A stretch of DNA of 64,000 nt from Rhodanobacteraceae bacterium. GTDB taxonomy: Bacteria; Pseudomonadota; Gammaproteobacteria; Xanthomonadales; Rhodanobacteraceae. The position numbers were made by a program, and so were the translations under genes. Where the stretch lies: assembly GCA_035552915.1 (NCBI GenBank), contig DATNEQ010000021.1, forward strand, positions 7,031 to 71,030, given 5' to 3'. Under the pieces are notes generated by a model. That model was not told where the DNA came from. It worked only from the letters and a program-made list of their open reading frames with translations, and did not search any database. Shown piece by piece: positions 8,736 through 17,813 of this stretch (position 1 is its first letter; the number at the start of each line of letters is the position of its first letter).

Positions 8736-9278
8736 CGCGGCGGCTTCCCGAGCGCGGCAATCGCGGGACCGAGTTCCTGCGCGATCACGTCGGGCGTCAG
8801 CGGGCCGATGTGTTTGTAGCGGATCACGCCGCGCGCATCGACCAGGAAAGTTTCCGGCGCGCCGTACACGCCGAAGTCGATGGCGGTGTCGCCGCTTGCG
8901 TCCGCGATCACCTGCGCGTAAGGATTGCCGTGTTGCGCCAGCCACGCCTTCGCGTCTGCCGGCTTGTCCTTGTAGTCGTAACCGATCAACGGCACGCCGA
9001 ATTTGCCGGCATATTCCATCAACACCGGATGCTCGTCGCCGCAAGCGAAGCACCAGCTCGCGAACACGTTGAGCAGGTACGGTTTGCCGAGCAGGTCGGC
9101 CTTGCGTATGCGTTGCCCCGGATTGTCCAGCGCAGTCAAGTCGAACGCCGGCGCCGCTTTCCCGATGAGAGGGGAAGGCACGTAGCTGGCGTCGTGGCGC
9201 GTGTTCCAGACGATGCCGACGCAAAACAGCGCGACCAGCAACACGAATACCAAAAAGGGAATCAACCTGCGGATCACG
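8732..9278 (-). CDS. ccmG: thiol:disulfide oxidoreductase DsbE/CcmG
   Basis: N-terminal TM segment, thioredoxin motif WCFAC, GVYGAPETFLVD. Inferred GTG start at 9278 overlapping the ccmF stop (GTGA). Confidence 0.88.
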
Positions 9279-11253
9279 CGCCCTGCTCCGCGACGCCGAT
9301 GCGCGAACCGGCCGCCGTCGCGACATCGTTTTCCTGCGCGGTGTCGCGACGCACGCGGAAGCGGCGATCGGCCGCCGCGCAGAAACCACCCAGCATCATC
9401 AGCAGGCCGCCGGCCCAGATCCAGCGCACGAAGGGCTTGTCGTACACACGCAGCGCCCACGCGCCGCCACCGATCGGATCGCCGAGCGAAACGTAGAGAT
9501 CGCGGAACACGCCCGGATGGATCGATGCTTCGGTCTGCACCTGGCCGCGCGGATAGGTGCGCTTCTGCGGATGCAGGGTGACGATCGGCGCGTCGTCTTT
9601 CGACACGGCCACCGTGCCTTGTTGCGCGAACCAGTTCGGACCCTGCGTTTCACCGACGCCGTCGAAACGGAAGTCGTACGCGCCGATGTGCACCGTGTCG
9701 CCCGGGCGCATCGCCACGTCCTGCTCGATGCTGAGCGTGCGCGTCAGGATCGCGCCGGCGATGAACACACCGACGCCGACGTGCGCGAACAGCATGCCCG
9801 TCATCTCCAGCGGATAGCGCTTGCCGCGTGGCGCTTCCTTCCAGCGTTTGATCACGAACAGCACGGTACCCGTCAGCACATAGGTCGATGCGGTGACGCC
9901 GAGCAACGGCAACCATCCGCGCGCGCCCAGCGCCCAGCCGACGACGCCTGCGGCGAGCGACAGCGCGACGATGCGCATCAATGCGCGCTTCCACGTCCCG
10001 AGGTCCGCCTTGCCCCAGCGCGACAACGGCGCGAACGGCAGCGCCAGCACCAGCGGCGTCATCAGCAGCATGAACAGGAAACCGAAATACGGTGCACCGA
10101 CCGAAATGCGCCCGATGTCGAGCGTTTCGCCGATCAGCGGATACAGCGTGCCGAGCAGCACCGTGGCGGCGGACACGCTCAGCATCAGGTTGCCGATGAG
10201 GATCAGGGTTTCCCGCGAGGCGAGCGCGAAGGACTTTCCGCCGGCGACCTTGGGTGCGCGCAGTGCGTACAGCAGCAGCGATCCGCCGACCACGACAGCA
10301 AGAAATCCGAGGATGAACACGCCGCGCTTCGGATCGGCCGCGAACGAGTGCACCGACGTCAGCACGCCCGAGCGCACCAGGAAGGTGCCGAGCAACGACA
10401 ACGAGAACGCGAAGATCGACAGCAGCAGCGTCCACGCGCGCAGGCCGCCGCGCTTGTCCGTCACCGCCTGTGCGTGGATCAGCGCGGTGCCGACCAGCCA
10501 CGGCATGAAGCTCGCGTTCTCCACCGGATCCCAGAACCACCAGCCGCCCCAGCCGAGTTCCGCGTACGCCCACCAGCTTCCGGCGACGATGCCGGCGGAG
10601 AGGAAGCCCCACGCGACATTGGTCCACGGTCGCGACCAGCGCACCCAGGTCGATTGCAACTCGCCGCCCAGCAGCGCCGCGATCGCGAAGGCGAAGGCCA
10701 CGCTGAAGCCGACGTAGCCCATGTACAGCACCGGCGGATGCATGATCAGCCCCGGATCCTGCAGCACCGGATTCAGATCTGCGCCATCGCCGGGCGCAGG
10801 CAGCAAGCGCAGGAACGGATTCGACGTGGCCAGCGAGAACAGCAGGAAACCGAACGCGACGAAACCGAGCACGCCCAGTACGCGCGCGTGAAAACGCGGT
10901 GGCAACTTGCCGCCGAAGGCAGCCACCGCCAGCGTCCACAGATCAAGGATCAGCACCCATAGCAGCAGCGAGCCCTCGTGCGCGCCCCACACCGCCGGGA
11001 AGCGATACCACCACGGCAATTCGAGATTGCTGTTCTGCGCGACGTAGGCGACCGAGAAATCCTGCACGAGGAACGCGTACGTCAGGATTCCGAACGCGAT
11101 CGCCACGAACACGAATTGCCCTACCGCGAGCGATCGCGCGGTCGCCATCAGCGGCTTGCTGTCGCGCCATGCGCCGATGACCGGCAATGCGCATTGCAAC
11201 GCGGCCAGCAGCAGCGCGAGGATCAGCGCGAACTGGCCGAGTTCCGGCGTCAT
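9274..11253 (-). CDS. ccmF: cytochrome c heme lyase subunit CcmF
   Basis: 659 aa polytopic membrane protein with a WGGWWFWDPVEN tryptophan-rich motif. ATGA overlap with ccmE. Confidence 0.95.
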   Translation of the reverse strand: MTPELGQFALILALLLAALQCALPVIGAWRDSKPLMATARSLAVGQFVFVAIAFGILTYAFLVQDFSVAYVAQNSNLELPWWYRFPAVWGAHEGSLLLWVLILDLWTLAVAAFGGKLPPRFHARVLGVLGFVAFGFLLFSLATSNPFLRLLPAPGDGADLNPVLQDPGLIMHPPVLYMGYVGFSVAFAFAIAALLGGELQSTWVRWSRPWTNVAWGFLSAGIVAGSWWAYAELGWGGWWFWDPVENASFMPWLVGTALIHAQAVTDKRGGLRAWTLLLSIFAFSLSLLGTFLVRSGVLTSVHSFAADPKRGVFILGFLAVVVGGSLLLYALRAPKVAGGKSFALASRETLILIGNLMLSVSAATVLLGTLYPLIGETLDIGRISVGAPYFGFLFMLLMTPLVLALPFAPLSRWGKADLGTWKRALMRIVALSLAAGVVGWALGARGWLPLLGVTASTYVLTGTVLFVIKRWKEAPRGKRYPLEMTGMLFAHVGVGVFIAGAILTRTLSIEQDVAMRPGDTVHIGAYDFRFDGVGETQGPNWFAQQGTVAVSKDDAPIVTLHPQKRTYPRGQVQTEASIHPGVFRDLYVSLGDPIGGGAWALRVYDKPFVRWIWAGGLLMMLGGFCAAADRRFRVRRDTAQENDVATAAGSRIGVAEQGA

Positions 11254-11717
11254 TGCGCGGCGTCGCCCTGCGTGCCGGATGGCACGCGATGCGCCGCCTT
11301 CGCCTTGGCGATGGCGTCCGCGACTTCCTTCGGCATGTAGGTTTCATCGTGCTTGGCCAGCACTTCGCTGGCGACGAAATGCCCGTCGCTCGCGTGGCCG
11401 GTGGCGATCACGCTCTGTCCCTCGCGGAACAGGTCGGGAAGGATGCCGATGTACTGCACGCGCATGTCGTGGAAACGGTCGGTCACGGTGAAGTCGGTCT
11501 GCAGGGTGTCGGGCACGCGCCGGATGCTGCCTTCCTTGACCACGCCGCCCAGGCGGAACGGGGTCGAGATCGGCGCGCGGCCGGCAGCCACTTCGCTGGG
11601 CGAATACAGGTAGGTCATGTTCTGCTGCAGCGCGAACACGGTGAGCGCGGTGGCGGTGGCAACAGCGGCGACGATCAGGGAAATCGCGACCAGCCGGCGC
11701 TTGCGGGCGGGATTCAT
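11250..11717 (-). CDS. ccmE: heme chaperone CcmE
   Basis: Start moved to MNPARKRRL. N-terminal TM, OB-fold region FRLGGVV, and the heme-binding end LAKHDETYMPKEV. Confidence 0.93.
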   Translation of the reverse strand: MNPARKRRLVAISLIVAAVATATALTVFALQQNMTYLYSPSEVAAGRAPISTPFRLGGVVKEGSIRRVPDTLQTDFTVTDRFHDMRVQYIGILPDLFREGQSVIATGHASDGHFVASEVLAKHDETYMPKEVADAIAKAKAAHRVPSGTQGDAAQ

Positions 11718-11893
11718 GCGGCAGCCTTCCCGCGGCGCGCGCGTTCGCGTGCGAGGCGCCCGCGCAATTCCTTCAGCAACTGGCGGCGGCGAAACAACGG
11801 CGCGAACCAGTCCCACGCGAACACGATGAAGAACACCGCATACGCCGGCCAGACGTACATCGCATAGCCGCCCATTGCGATCCACTCATGCAT
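11714..11893 (-). CDS. ccmD: heme exporter protein CcmD (59 aa, absent from the supplied ORF track)
   Basis: My own translation of the minus strand: MHEWIAMGGYAMYVWPAYAVFFIVFAWDWFAPLFRRRQLLKELRGRLARERARRGKAAA. Single TM followed by a basic tail, positioned between ccmC and ccmE. Its stop overlaps the ccmE ATG (ATGA). Confidence 0.8.
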   Translation of the reverse strand: MHEWIAMGGYAMYVWPAYAVFFIVFAWDWFAPLFRRRQLLKELRGRLARERARRGKAAA

Positions 11894-11960
11894 GATCGTT
11901 CGAAGCTCCAGTCAAGGCGTTCTCTGGCCAACGCAATGGATGCAGGCCTCCATAACCCCC

Positions 11961-11988
11961 AACGATTCCTTGCGCGCAAGGAATCGTT
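11961..11988. repeat. perfect 28-bp palindrome inside the ccmC-ccmD spacer
   Basis: aacgattccttgcg/cgcaaggaatcgtt (14+14). It is flanked by further short inverted repeats (gtcaagg 11911-11917 vs ccttgac 11994-12000; ccttgactcaagg 11994-12006). Confidence 0.9.
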
Positions 11989-12042
11989 CGCCCCCTTGAC
12001 TCAAGGGGCAGCAAGATGTTGCTCGAATGATCCGCAAGGCGA

Positions 12043-12801
12043 TCATCGCGCGCTCTCCATCACCAGTGTGCGCGCCCATTCCTTGCCGCCTTCCACCTCG
12101 AGCAGGCCGACGCGCGCGCGATTGAGCACGCTGGCGAAGAAATACAGGTGCGTCGCCAGCGCCATCAGAAGCAGCGGCCACAACATGCCCGGCGCGATCT
12201 TCGACGGCCCGAGGAAATTCACCGTGCTGCCCTGGTGCAACGTGTTCCACCACACCACCGAGTAATGCACGATCGGCAGGTTGACGATGCCGACCAGGGC
12301 CAGCAGCGAAGCGGCGCGCGCGGCGCGCCGGCGATCCTCGATGGCATTGAACAGGCCGATCACGCCGAGGAACAGGAACAGCAGTACCAGTTCGGAAGTC
12401 AGGCGCGCATCCCATGTCCACCACGTGCCCCACATCGGCCGGCCCCAGAGCGAACCCGTGATCAGCGTGACCAGGGTGAAAGCCGCACCGACCGGCGCGC
12501 ATTCCATCGCGATCACTTCCGCCAGTTTCACCCGCCACACCATCGCGGCCAATGCGGCGACCGCCATGCAGGCGTAGGCGAACAGGCTCATCCATGCGCA
12601 CGGCACGTGGATGAAGATGATCCGGTAGGCGTCGCCCTGCTGGTAGTCCGTCGGCGCCAGCACCAGGCCGCCATAGATGCCGACGGCGGCGAGCACCAGC
12701 GAGGACGCCAGCAGCCACGGCCGCAGCGCGCCCGCGAAGCGATAGAAGGTCGGCGGCGAGCCGAGAAGATGCATCCAGTGTGGCAGGTAACTACGCGACA
12801 T
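12043..12801 (-). CDS. ccmC: heme exporter membrane protein CcmC
   Basis: Start moved to MSRSYLPHW. Contains the WGRPMWGTWWTWDARL tryptophan-rich motif. The upstream 581-aa track ORF is a read-through artefact. Confidence 0.93.
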   Translation of the reverse strand: MSRSYLPHWMHLLGSPPTFYRFAGALRPWLLASSLVLAAVGIYGGLVLAPTDYQQGDAYRIIFIHVPCAWMSLFAYACMAVAALAAMVWRVKLAEVIAMECAPVGAAFTLVTLITGSLWGRPMWGTWWTWDARLTSELVLLFLFLGVIGLFNAIEDRRRAARAASLLALVGIVNLPIVHYSVVWWNTLHQGSTVNFLGPSKIAPGMLWPLLLMALATHLYFFASVLNRARVGLLEVEGGKEWARTLVMESAR

Positions 12802-12803
12802 CT

Positions 12804-13490
12804 TTAGGCTTCCACCGCGATCCGCAATGCCGCCGCGCACGCGAACGGGGCAAGCGCCAATGCCAGTACCAAGGCCGCGCCCAGCCACAACAGGGGGGCG
12901 AGGTACGGCAACCCGGCCTGCGCCGCGGCCACCGCGCCCGCGGCGAAGATCACTACCGGAACTGCCAGCGGCAACAACATCAAGGCCAGAAGTATAGCCG
13001 AGCGACGCGCGCCGGCCGTCAGCGCGGACAGGATCGCACCCAGCAGCGCCAGCAGCGGCGTGGCCAGCAGCAGCGCAGCCAACAGTACCGGCAGCACATC
13101 CGCGGGAAGCTTCAACAGCAGGGCAAGCAACGGCGCCACCACGATCAACGGCAGCGCGGCGGTTGCCCAATGTGCGAGTACGCGGACCAACACCAGCAGC
13201 GCCAGCGGTTGCGGCGCCAGCAGCAGTTGTTCCAGTGAACCGTCTTCCAGGTCGCCGCGGAACATCGATTCCAGCGCAGGCAGCATCGCCAGCAACACGG
13301 TGACCAGCAACACGCCGCCACTGATGCGCGCCAGCAGGGCGGCGTCCGGCCCGAGCGCGAATGGAAACAGGGTCGTCACGATCACCGCGTACAGCAACGG
13401 CAGCAGCATCTCGCCGCGTCGCCGCCACGCCAACGTGAACTCGCGGCGCAGCAGCGCACGACAAGCGGCGCCGGCGGACGGTGTGCTCAT
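12804..13490 (-). CDS. ccmB: heme exporter permease CcmB
   Basis: 228 aa, six hydrophobic segments. N-terminus FTLAWRRRGEMLLPLLYAVIV is typical of CcmB. ATGA overlap with ccmA. Confidence 0.9.
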   Translation of the reverse strand: MSTPSAGAACRALLRREFTLAWRRRGEMLLPLLYAVIVTTLFPFALGPDAALLARISGGVLLVTVLLAMLPALESMFRGDLEDGSLEQLLLAPQPLALLVLVRVLAHWATAALPLIVVAPLLALLLKLPADVLPVLLAALLLATPLLALLGAILSALTAGARRSAILLALMLLPLAVPVVIFAAGAVAAAQAGLPYLAPLLWLGAALVLALALAPFACAAALRIAVEA

Positions 13491-14161
13491 AGGGAAAGTG
13501 CGAGGCGCACATGGCGCGCGTCGGGATCGGCAAAACGCACTGCGCCGTGGCTGGTGAGCAGGGTCGCCCCGCCGCGCGCGATGTGCGCGGCAACCAGCGC
13601 GTTGACGAGTTCGATGCCATGGCGGTCGAGATTGGCATAGGGCTCGTCGAGCAGCCACAGATCGCCCGGCAGCAGCGCCAGCCGGGCCAGCGCGGCGCGC
13701 TTCTTCTGCCCGGCCGAAAGCAAACGCAGCGGCGTATCGGCATAGATCGCCAGATCGACTTCGCGCAGTGCGGATTCGATGCTGGCACCTTCGTGCGTGC
13801 CGTACAGCCCGGCCAGGAAAGCCAGATTCTCGCGTGGCGAAAGATCGTTCTTCACGCCGGGATGATGGCCGAGGAAGAGCGCCCGGCCCGCAAGGACTTC
13901 GTGCGTCGCCACGCGGCCATCGAAACGGATATCGCCCGCGCTGGCCGCGAGGGTGCCGGTGAGCACGCGCAGCAACGTGGTCTTGCCGGAACCGTTGTCG
14001 CCTTCGACCAGCAGGGTTTCGCCGCGGTCGAGCGTGAAATCCAGTGGCCCGAACACCGGCTCGTCGTTGCGGGCGAAGGCGAGGCCGCGCACGCAAAACA
14101 GCACGGCATCTGCACGGGCGGGATCGTGGTTCATCGCGGCTCTGCGGAAAAATCGCGACAT
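13487..14161 (-). CDS. ccmA: heme exporter ATP-binding protein CcmA
   Basis: Walker A GDNGSGKTT, signature LSAGQKKR, Walker B LWLLDEP. An alternative start is MNHDP at 14134. Confidence 0.9.
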   Translation of the reverse strand: MSRFFRRAAMNHDPARADAVLFCVRGLAFARNDEPVFGPLDFTLDRGETLLVEGDNGSGKTTLLRVLTGTLAASAGDIRFDGRVATHEVLAGRALFLGHHPGVKNDLSPRENLAFLAGLYGTHEGASIESALREVDLAIYADTPLRLLSAGQKKRAALARLALLPGDLWLLDEPYANLDRHGIELVNALVAAHIARGGATLLTSHGAVRFADPDARHVRLALSL

Positions 14162-14206
14162 TGTCCCAGCGCGTGCGCCGCCATGTCCATGCGGGCGCGC
14201 GGTGCC

Positions 14207-14617
14207 TCAGATCAGCGCATGCAATTCGGCTTCGCCGCCGCCGCGCACGATCGCGGCCTGGCGGAAGCGGCGGGACAGTGCATCCAGCGTGTCGAAGTCG
14301 ATGCCGCAGACGAACAGGCTCGGCTCGCGCCACCCGTCCGGTCCGACGCCTGCGCCGGCGAGGAAGCGGAATCCCTGCGCGCGCAAGACGTCGCGCAGTT
14401 CGCGCTGGCGCATGCGATTGGCGAACCGCGGTTGCGCCACACTGACCGGATTCCATGCCGTGACGAAACCCCACGGTTCGTCAGGGCCGTGCAGGAACCC
14501 TTGCAATGTCGCCGGGAGCGGCTGGCCCACGCGGATCACCGCGCAACCGCCGCGGGCGAGCCGCACGCGATAGTCGGTTTCGCGCCAGGCGCGCCAGATC
14601 GCTTCGGGCAGCGGCAT
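14207..14617 (-). CDS. DUF3293-family protein
   Basis: Start moved to MPLPEAIWRAW. The pattern FVTAWNP...REPSLFV...FRQAAIV matches my recollection of DUF3293. Function unknown. Confidence 0.65.
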   Translation of the reverse strand: MPLPEAIWRAWRETDYRVRLARGGCAVIRVGQPLPATLQGFLHGPDEPWGFVTAWNPVSVAQPRFANRMRQRELRDVLRAQGFRFLAGAGVGPDGWREPSLFVCGIDFDTLDALSRRFRQAAIVRGGGEAELHALI

Positions 14618-14624
14618 CGTTCGC

Positions 14625-16004
14625 TCAGGCGGCGGGCAATCGCGGCAACTCGGCGCGCACGCGTTGCGCCGCGGCATCGAGATCCACCTGCGACGCGTCG
14701 CCGTGTCCGGCCATCAGCGATTCCAGCAGCGCGTCCTGCTCGCGGCCGCGTTGCAGGCAATACGCATACGGGAAATGCGTGAAACTGACCATGCGGTAGC
14801 GCGACATGAAATGTTCCGGCGCGCGCGTGGTCAGCGCGGCGGCGAGCTCGCGCTTCACCAGGTAATGCGGGTCGGACACGCCGTCGCGCATCTCGATGTA
14901 GTTCTCCAGCGCCATCCGCGCGATCGCGTCGGCGTTGGGTTTGCGCGCGGCCTGGAAGGCCGCGAACGCGGCAGCCGGATCGCGGTGGTTCTCGGTGAGC
15001 AGCGGCGCCAGTGCCGCGGCGTCCTCGAAACCGGCGTTCATGCCCTGGCCGTGGAACGGCACGATCGCATGTGCGGCATCGCCGACCAGCAGTGCGCGCC
15101 CGTCGAGGTGCCAGCGGTCGAGGTAGAGGGTGGCCAGTTGCCCCACGGGATGCGCGTTCCAGTCCTCGTCGAATGTCGGCATCAGTTCCAGCGCGTCGGG
15201 AAATTCGTGCCCGAAAAACGCGCGCGCCGCTTTTGCATCGGGCAAGCTCGCGAAACTCGGATGCGGCCCTTCGTTCGGCAGGAACAGCGTGACGGTGAAG
15301 CTGCCCTGCGCGTTGGGCAACGCGATGCACATATAGATGCCGCGCGGCCAGATATGCAGCGCATTCGGTTCGATGGCAAAAGGATGGGAGCCGGCGGCCG
15401 GCGGAATTTCCAGTTCCTTGTACCCGTGTCCCAGCGGTTCCACGCGTTCGCCGAGATCCGCCGCGCGGGCCATCGCCGCGCGCAGCGCGGAACCCGCGCC
15501 ATCGGCGCCGATCAGCAGCGTCGTTTGATGTTCTCTTGCGCTGTTGCGGTCGTGGCCGATCGAGACGACGTTCGTCCGTCCGTCGAACGACGCATCCAGC
15601 AGCGGCGCATCGAAATGCAATGTCGCGCCCGCGCGCTCGGCCGCGCCCATGAGCAGCATGTTGAGTTCGCCGCGCGACACCGACCAGATGACTTCGGAAT
15701 CGTCCTTGCCGTAGCGTTGCAGGTTGGTGGCACCGCCTAGGTCGTGCACCATGCGGCCGCGCATCATGACTGCCTGCGCCAGCACCGATTCGGTCAATCC
15801 GGCCTGCCGCAACGCATTCAATCCGCGTTCGGCCAGCGCCAGGTTGATCGAACGCCCGCCGAGGAAACCATGCAGGCGCGGGTCCGGCCGGCGTTCGAAA
15901 ACCTCGACCTCGAAACCGCGTTGCGCCAGCAGCGCCGCGAGCAGCGAGCCGACCAGGCCGGCGCCGATGATCGTGATGGCGGGGCGTCCGGAATGCGCGG
16001 TCAT
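14625..16004 (-). CDS. kmo: kynurenine 3-monooxygenase (FAD-dependent)
   Basis: GAGLVGS dinucleotide fold, RSINLALAERG, GDAAHAIVPFHGQGMN. Directly follows kynU. Confidence 0.88.
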   Translation of the reverse strand: MTAHSGRPAITIIGAGLVGSLLAALLAQRGFEVEVFERRPDPRLHGFLGGRSINLALAERGLNALRQAGLTESVLAQAVMMRGRMVHDLGGATNLQRYGKDDSEVIWSVSRGELNMLLMGAAERAGATLHFDAPLLDASFDGRTNVVSIGHDRNSAREHQTTLLIGADGAGSALRAAMARAADLGERVEPLGHGYKELEIPPAAGSHPFAIEPNALHIWPRGIYMCIALPNAQGSFTVTLFLPNEGPHPSFASLPDAKAARAFFGHEFPDALELMPTFDEDWNAHPVGQLATLYLDRWHLDGRALLVGDAAHAIVPFHGQGMNAGFEDAAALAPLLTENHRDPAAAFAAFQAARKPNADAIARMALENYIEMRDGVSDPHYLVKRELAAALTTRAPEHFMSRYRMVSFTHFPYAYCLQRGREQDALLESLMAGHGDASQVDLDAAAQRVRAELPRLPAA

Positions 16005-16005
16005 G

Positions 16006-17283
16006 TCAACGCGATCGCTTCCATGCGAGCACGGTTTCTGCCAGCGCGAAGCAGTCTTCGAAGCGGTTGTAGAGCGGCGCGGGAGAGAGCCGCAGCACGT
16101 CGGGTTCGCGCCAGTCGCCGAGCACGCCGTGCGCTACGAGGTGATCGAACAGCGAGCGTCCGGCTTCGCGTCCGGCGCGCACGCGCACCGACAATTGCGC
16201 GCCGCGGCGTCCGGATTCGGCGGGCGTGAGGATTTCCAGCGCGTCGTTCAATTGCGTTTCGATCAGCCACGCCAGATAACCGGTGAGGCGCCGCGATTTC
16301 GCGCGCAGCTTGGCGATGCCCGCGCGGCGGAAGATCTCCAGCGACACGCGCAGCGGCGCCAGCGCGAAGATCGGCGGATTGGACAACTGCCAGCCGTCGG
16401 CGCCGGGCGCGGGATCGAATTCGGGACGCATCTGGAATCGCGTGGCTTCGCGGTGACCCCACCAGCCTTCGAAGCGTGGCAGCTTCGCCTCGGCGTGGCG
16501 CGCATGCACGAAGGCGCCGGCAACGGCGCCAGGACCGGAATTGAGATACTTGTACGAACACCACGCGGCGAAATCGGCGCCGGCGTCGTGCAGATCGCAC
16601 TCGATGTTGCCGGCGGCGTGCGCGAGGTCGAAGCCGATCGTGCAGCCTTGCGCGTGCGCGAGTTCCGCGATGGCCTTCAGGTCGAAGGCCTGCCCGCTGA
16701 GGTATTGCACGCCGGGCCACAACACCAGCGCGACGCGCGGGCCGTGTTCGCGCAGCGCGCGCTCGATCGCCTGCATCGAGATCGTGCCGCCGGGCTCGTC
16801 GCCGTCGAGTTCGATCAGCGCGGTTTCGGGATCGAAGCCGTGGAAGGCGATCTGCGAAGCGACCGCATGGCGGTCGGAAGGAAACGCGTTGCGCTCGATC
16901 AGGATCGCGTGGCGCTCGCGCGTGGGGCGGTAGAAGCTCACCATCAGGAAATGCAGGTTGGCGGTCAGCGAATTCATCGCCACCACTTCCGATGGTTGCG
17001 CGCCGAGCACTTCGGCCAGTGCGTCGCGCACCTCCGCGTGATAGGGCAACCAGGGATGCCGGCCGTGCAGGTGGGCTTCGACGCCGAGCCGCGCCCAATC
17101 GTCGAGTTCGTCCAGGAGTGCCTGGCGGGTGGCGCGCGGTTGCAGGCCCAGCGAATTGCCGCACAGATACACCTGCTCGCCGTCGCCATGCGGCGGCATC
17201 AGGAATTCATTTCGATAATCACGTAAAGGATCGGCGCGATCCTGTGCGCGCGCCCATTCGCGGTCGAATCGGTAATCGGTCAT
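16006..17283 (-). CDS. kynU: kynureninase
   Basis: Start moved to MTDYRFDREWA. Contains YLCGNSLGLQP and SYKYLNSGPGA (PLP-lysine region). 425 aa. Confidence 0.92.
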   Translation of the reverse strand: MTDYRFDREWARAQDRADPLRDYRNEFLMPPHGDGEQVYLCGNSLGLQPRATRQALLDELDDWARLGVEAHLHGRHPWLPYHAEVRDALAEVLGAQPSEVVAMNSLTANLHFLMVSFYRPTRERHAILIERNAFPSDRHAVASQIAFHGFDPETALIELDGDEPGGTISMQAIERALREHGPRVALVLWPGVQYLSGQAFDLKAIAELAHAQGCTIGFDLAHAAGNIECDLHDAGADFAAWCSYKYLNSGPGAVAGAFVHARHAEAKLPRFEGWWGHREATRFQMRPEFDPAPGADGWQLSNPPIFALAPLRVSLEIFRRAGIAKLRAKSRRLTGYLAWLIETQLNDALEILTPAESGRRGAQLSVRVRAGREAGRSLFDHLVAHGVLGDWREPDVLRLSPAPLYNRFEDCFALAETVLAWKRSR

Positions 17284-17284
17284 G

Positions 17285-17788
17285 TCAATGCTTGAGCACG
17301 GATTTGGCGATGGCCGCGCATCCGGCATCGAAGGTGGCCGCCCACGCGGCTTCCGCCGCCACGGGACGGATGCAGCGCACTTGCAGCGCGAGGCCGTCGC
17401 GGTAGTCATAGAACTCGGCGTAGGTATTCTTCTGGCCGTTTTCCATCGCGATGTAGCGGCGTGCCTGCGCGATGTCGGCCGCGCCGCCGCCGGAATAGCC
17501 GGGCAGGCGCCGCGACTTGCCGATCTGGTCGTCCACGAACTGGCCGTAGCCCGACGCATCCGCGACGTGCTGGGTGGTGACGGTGATGCGCGCCAGCGTG
17601 CCGTCCGCGCTGGCGCCGGGGACCTGCAACGCGAGGAACTGCGGATCGCCGTCGTGCTTCTCCATCAACGGCGTCCACGCATCCGGCGCGGAGAACTGCA
17701 CCGTGCTGTCGTCGAGGTTGTAGTCGGTCGCGTGTGCGGCGAGCGGTGCAGTCGACATTGCCAATGCCACCAGCAATAGTGATTTCAT
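17285..17788 (-). CDS. secreted protein of unknown function, first gene of the kynU-kmo array
   Basis: Start moved to MKSLLLVALAMSTAPLAAHA (signal peptide). No motif I recognise. Its stop lies 1 nt before the kynU ATG. Confidence 0.6.
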   Translation of the reverse strand: MKSLLLVALAMSTAPLAAHATDYNLDDSTVQFSAPDAWTPLMEKHDGDPQFLALQVPGASADGTLARITVTTQHVADASGYGQFVDDQIGKSRRLPGYSGGGAADIAQARRYIAMENGQKNTYAEFYDYRDGLALQVRCIRPVAAEAAWAATFDAGCAAIAKSVLKH

Positions 17789-17813
17789 TTCGCAACTCCT
17801 ACCAGGTGCTCCG

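Noticed and set aside
11773-11979. 68-aa ORF spanning the ccmD region and the palindromic spacer.
   Set aside because: It is in a different frame from the clear CcmD reading frame (11714-11893). The translation is Cys/Ser/Arg-rich with no membrane segment, and it runs through the palindrome.
12043-13788. Track ORFs with long N-terminal extensions that appear to fuse neighbouring genes. Examples: 12043..13788, 12804..14474, 30240..31745, 31576..33378, 32838..34886, 16006..17559, 24327..26645.
   Set aside because: In each case the recognisable domain begins at an internal Met, often exactly at an ATGA overlap with the upstream gene's stop. The extension is Arg/Pro-rich read-through in another gene's sequence. 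I trimmed the starts accordingly.
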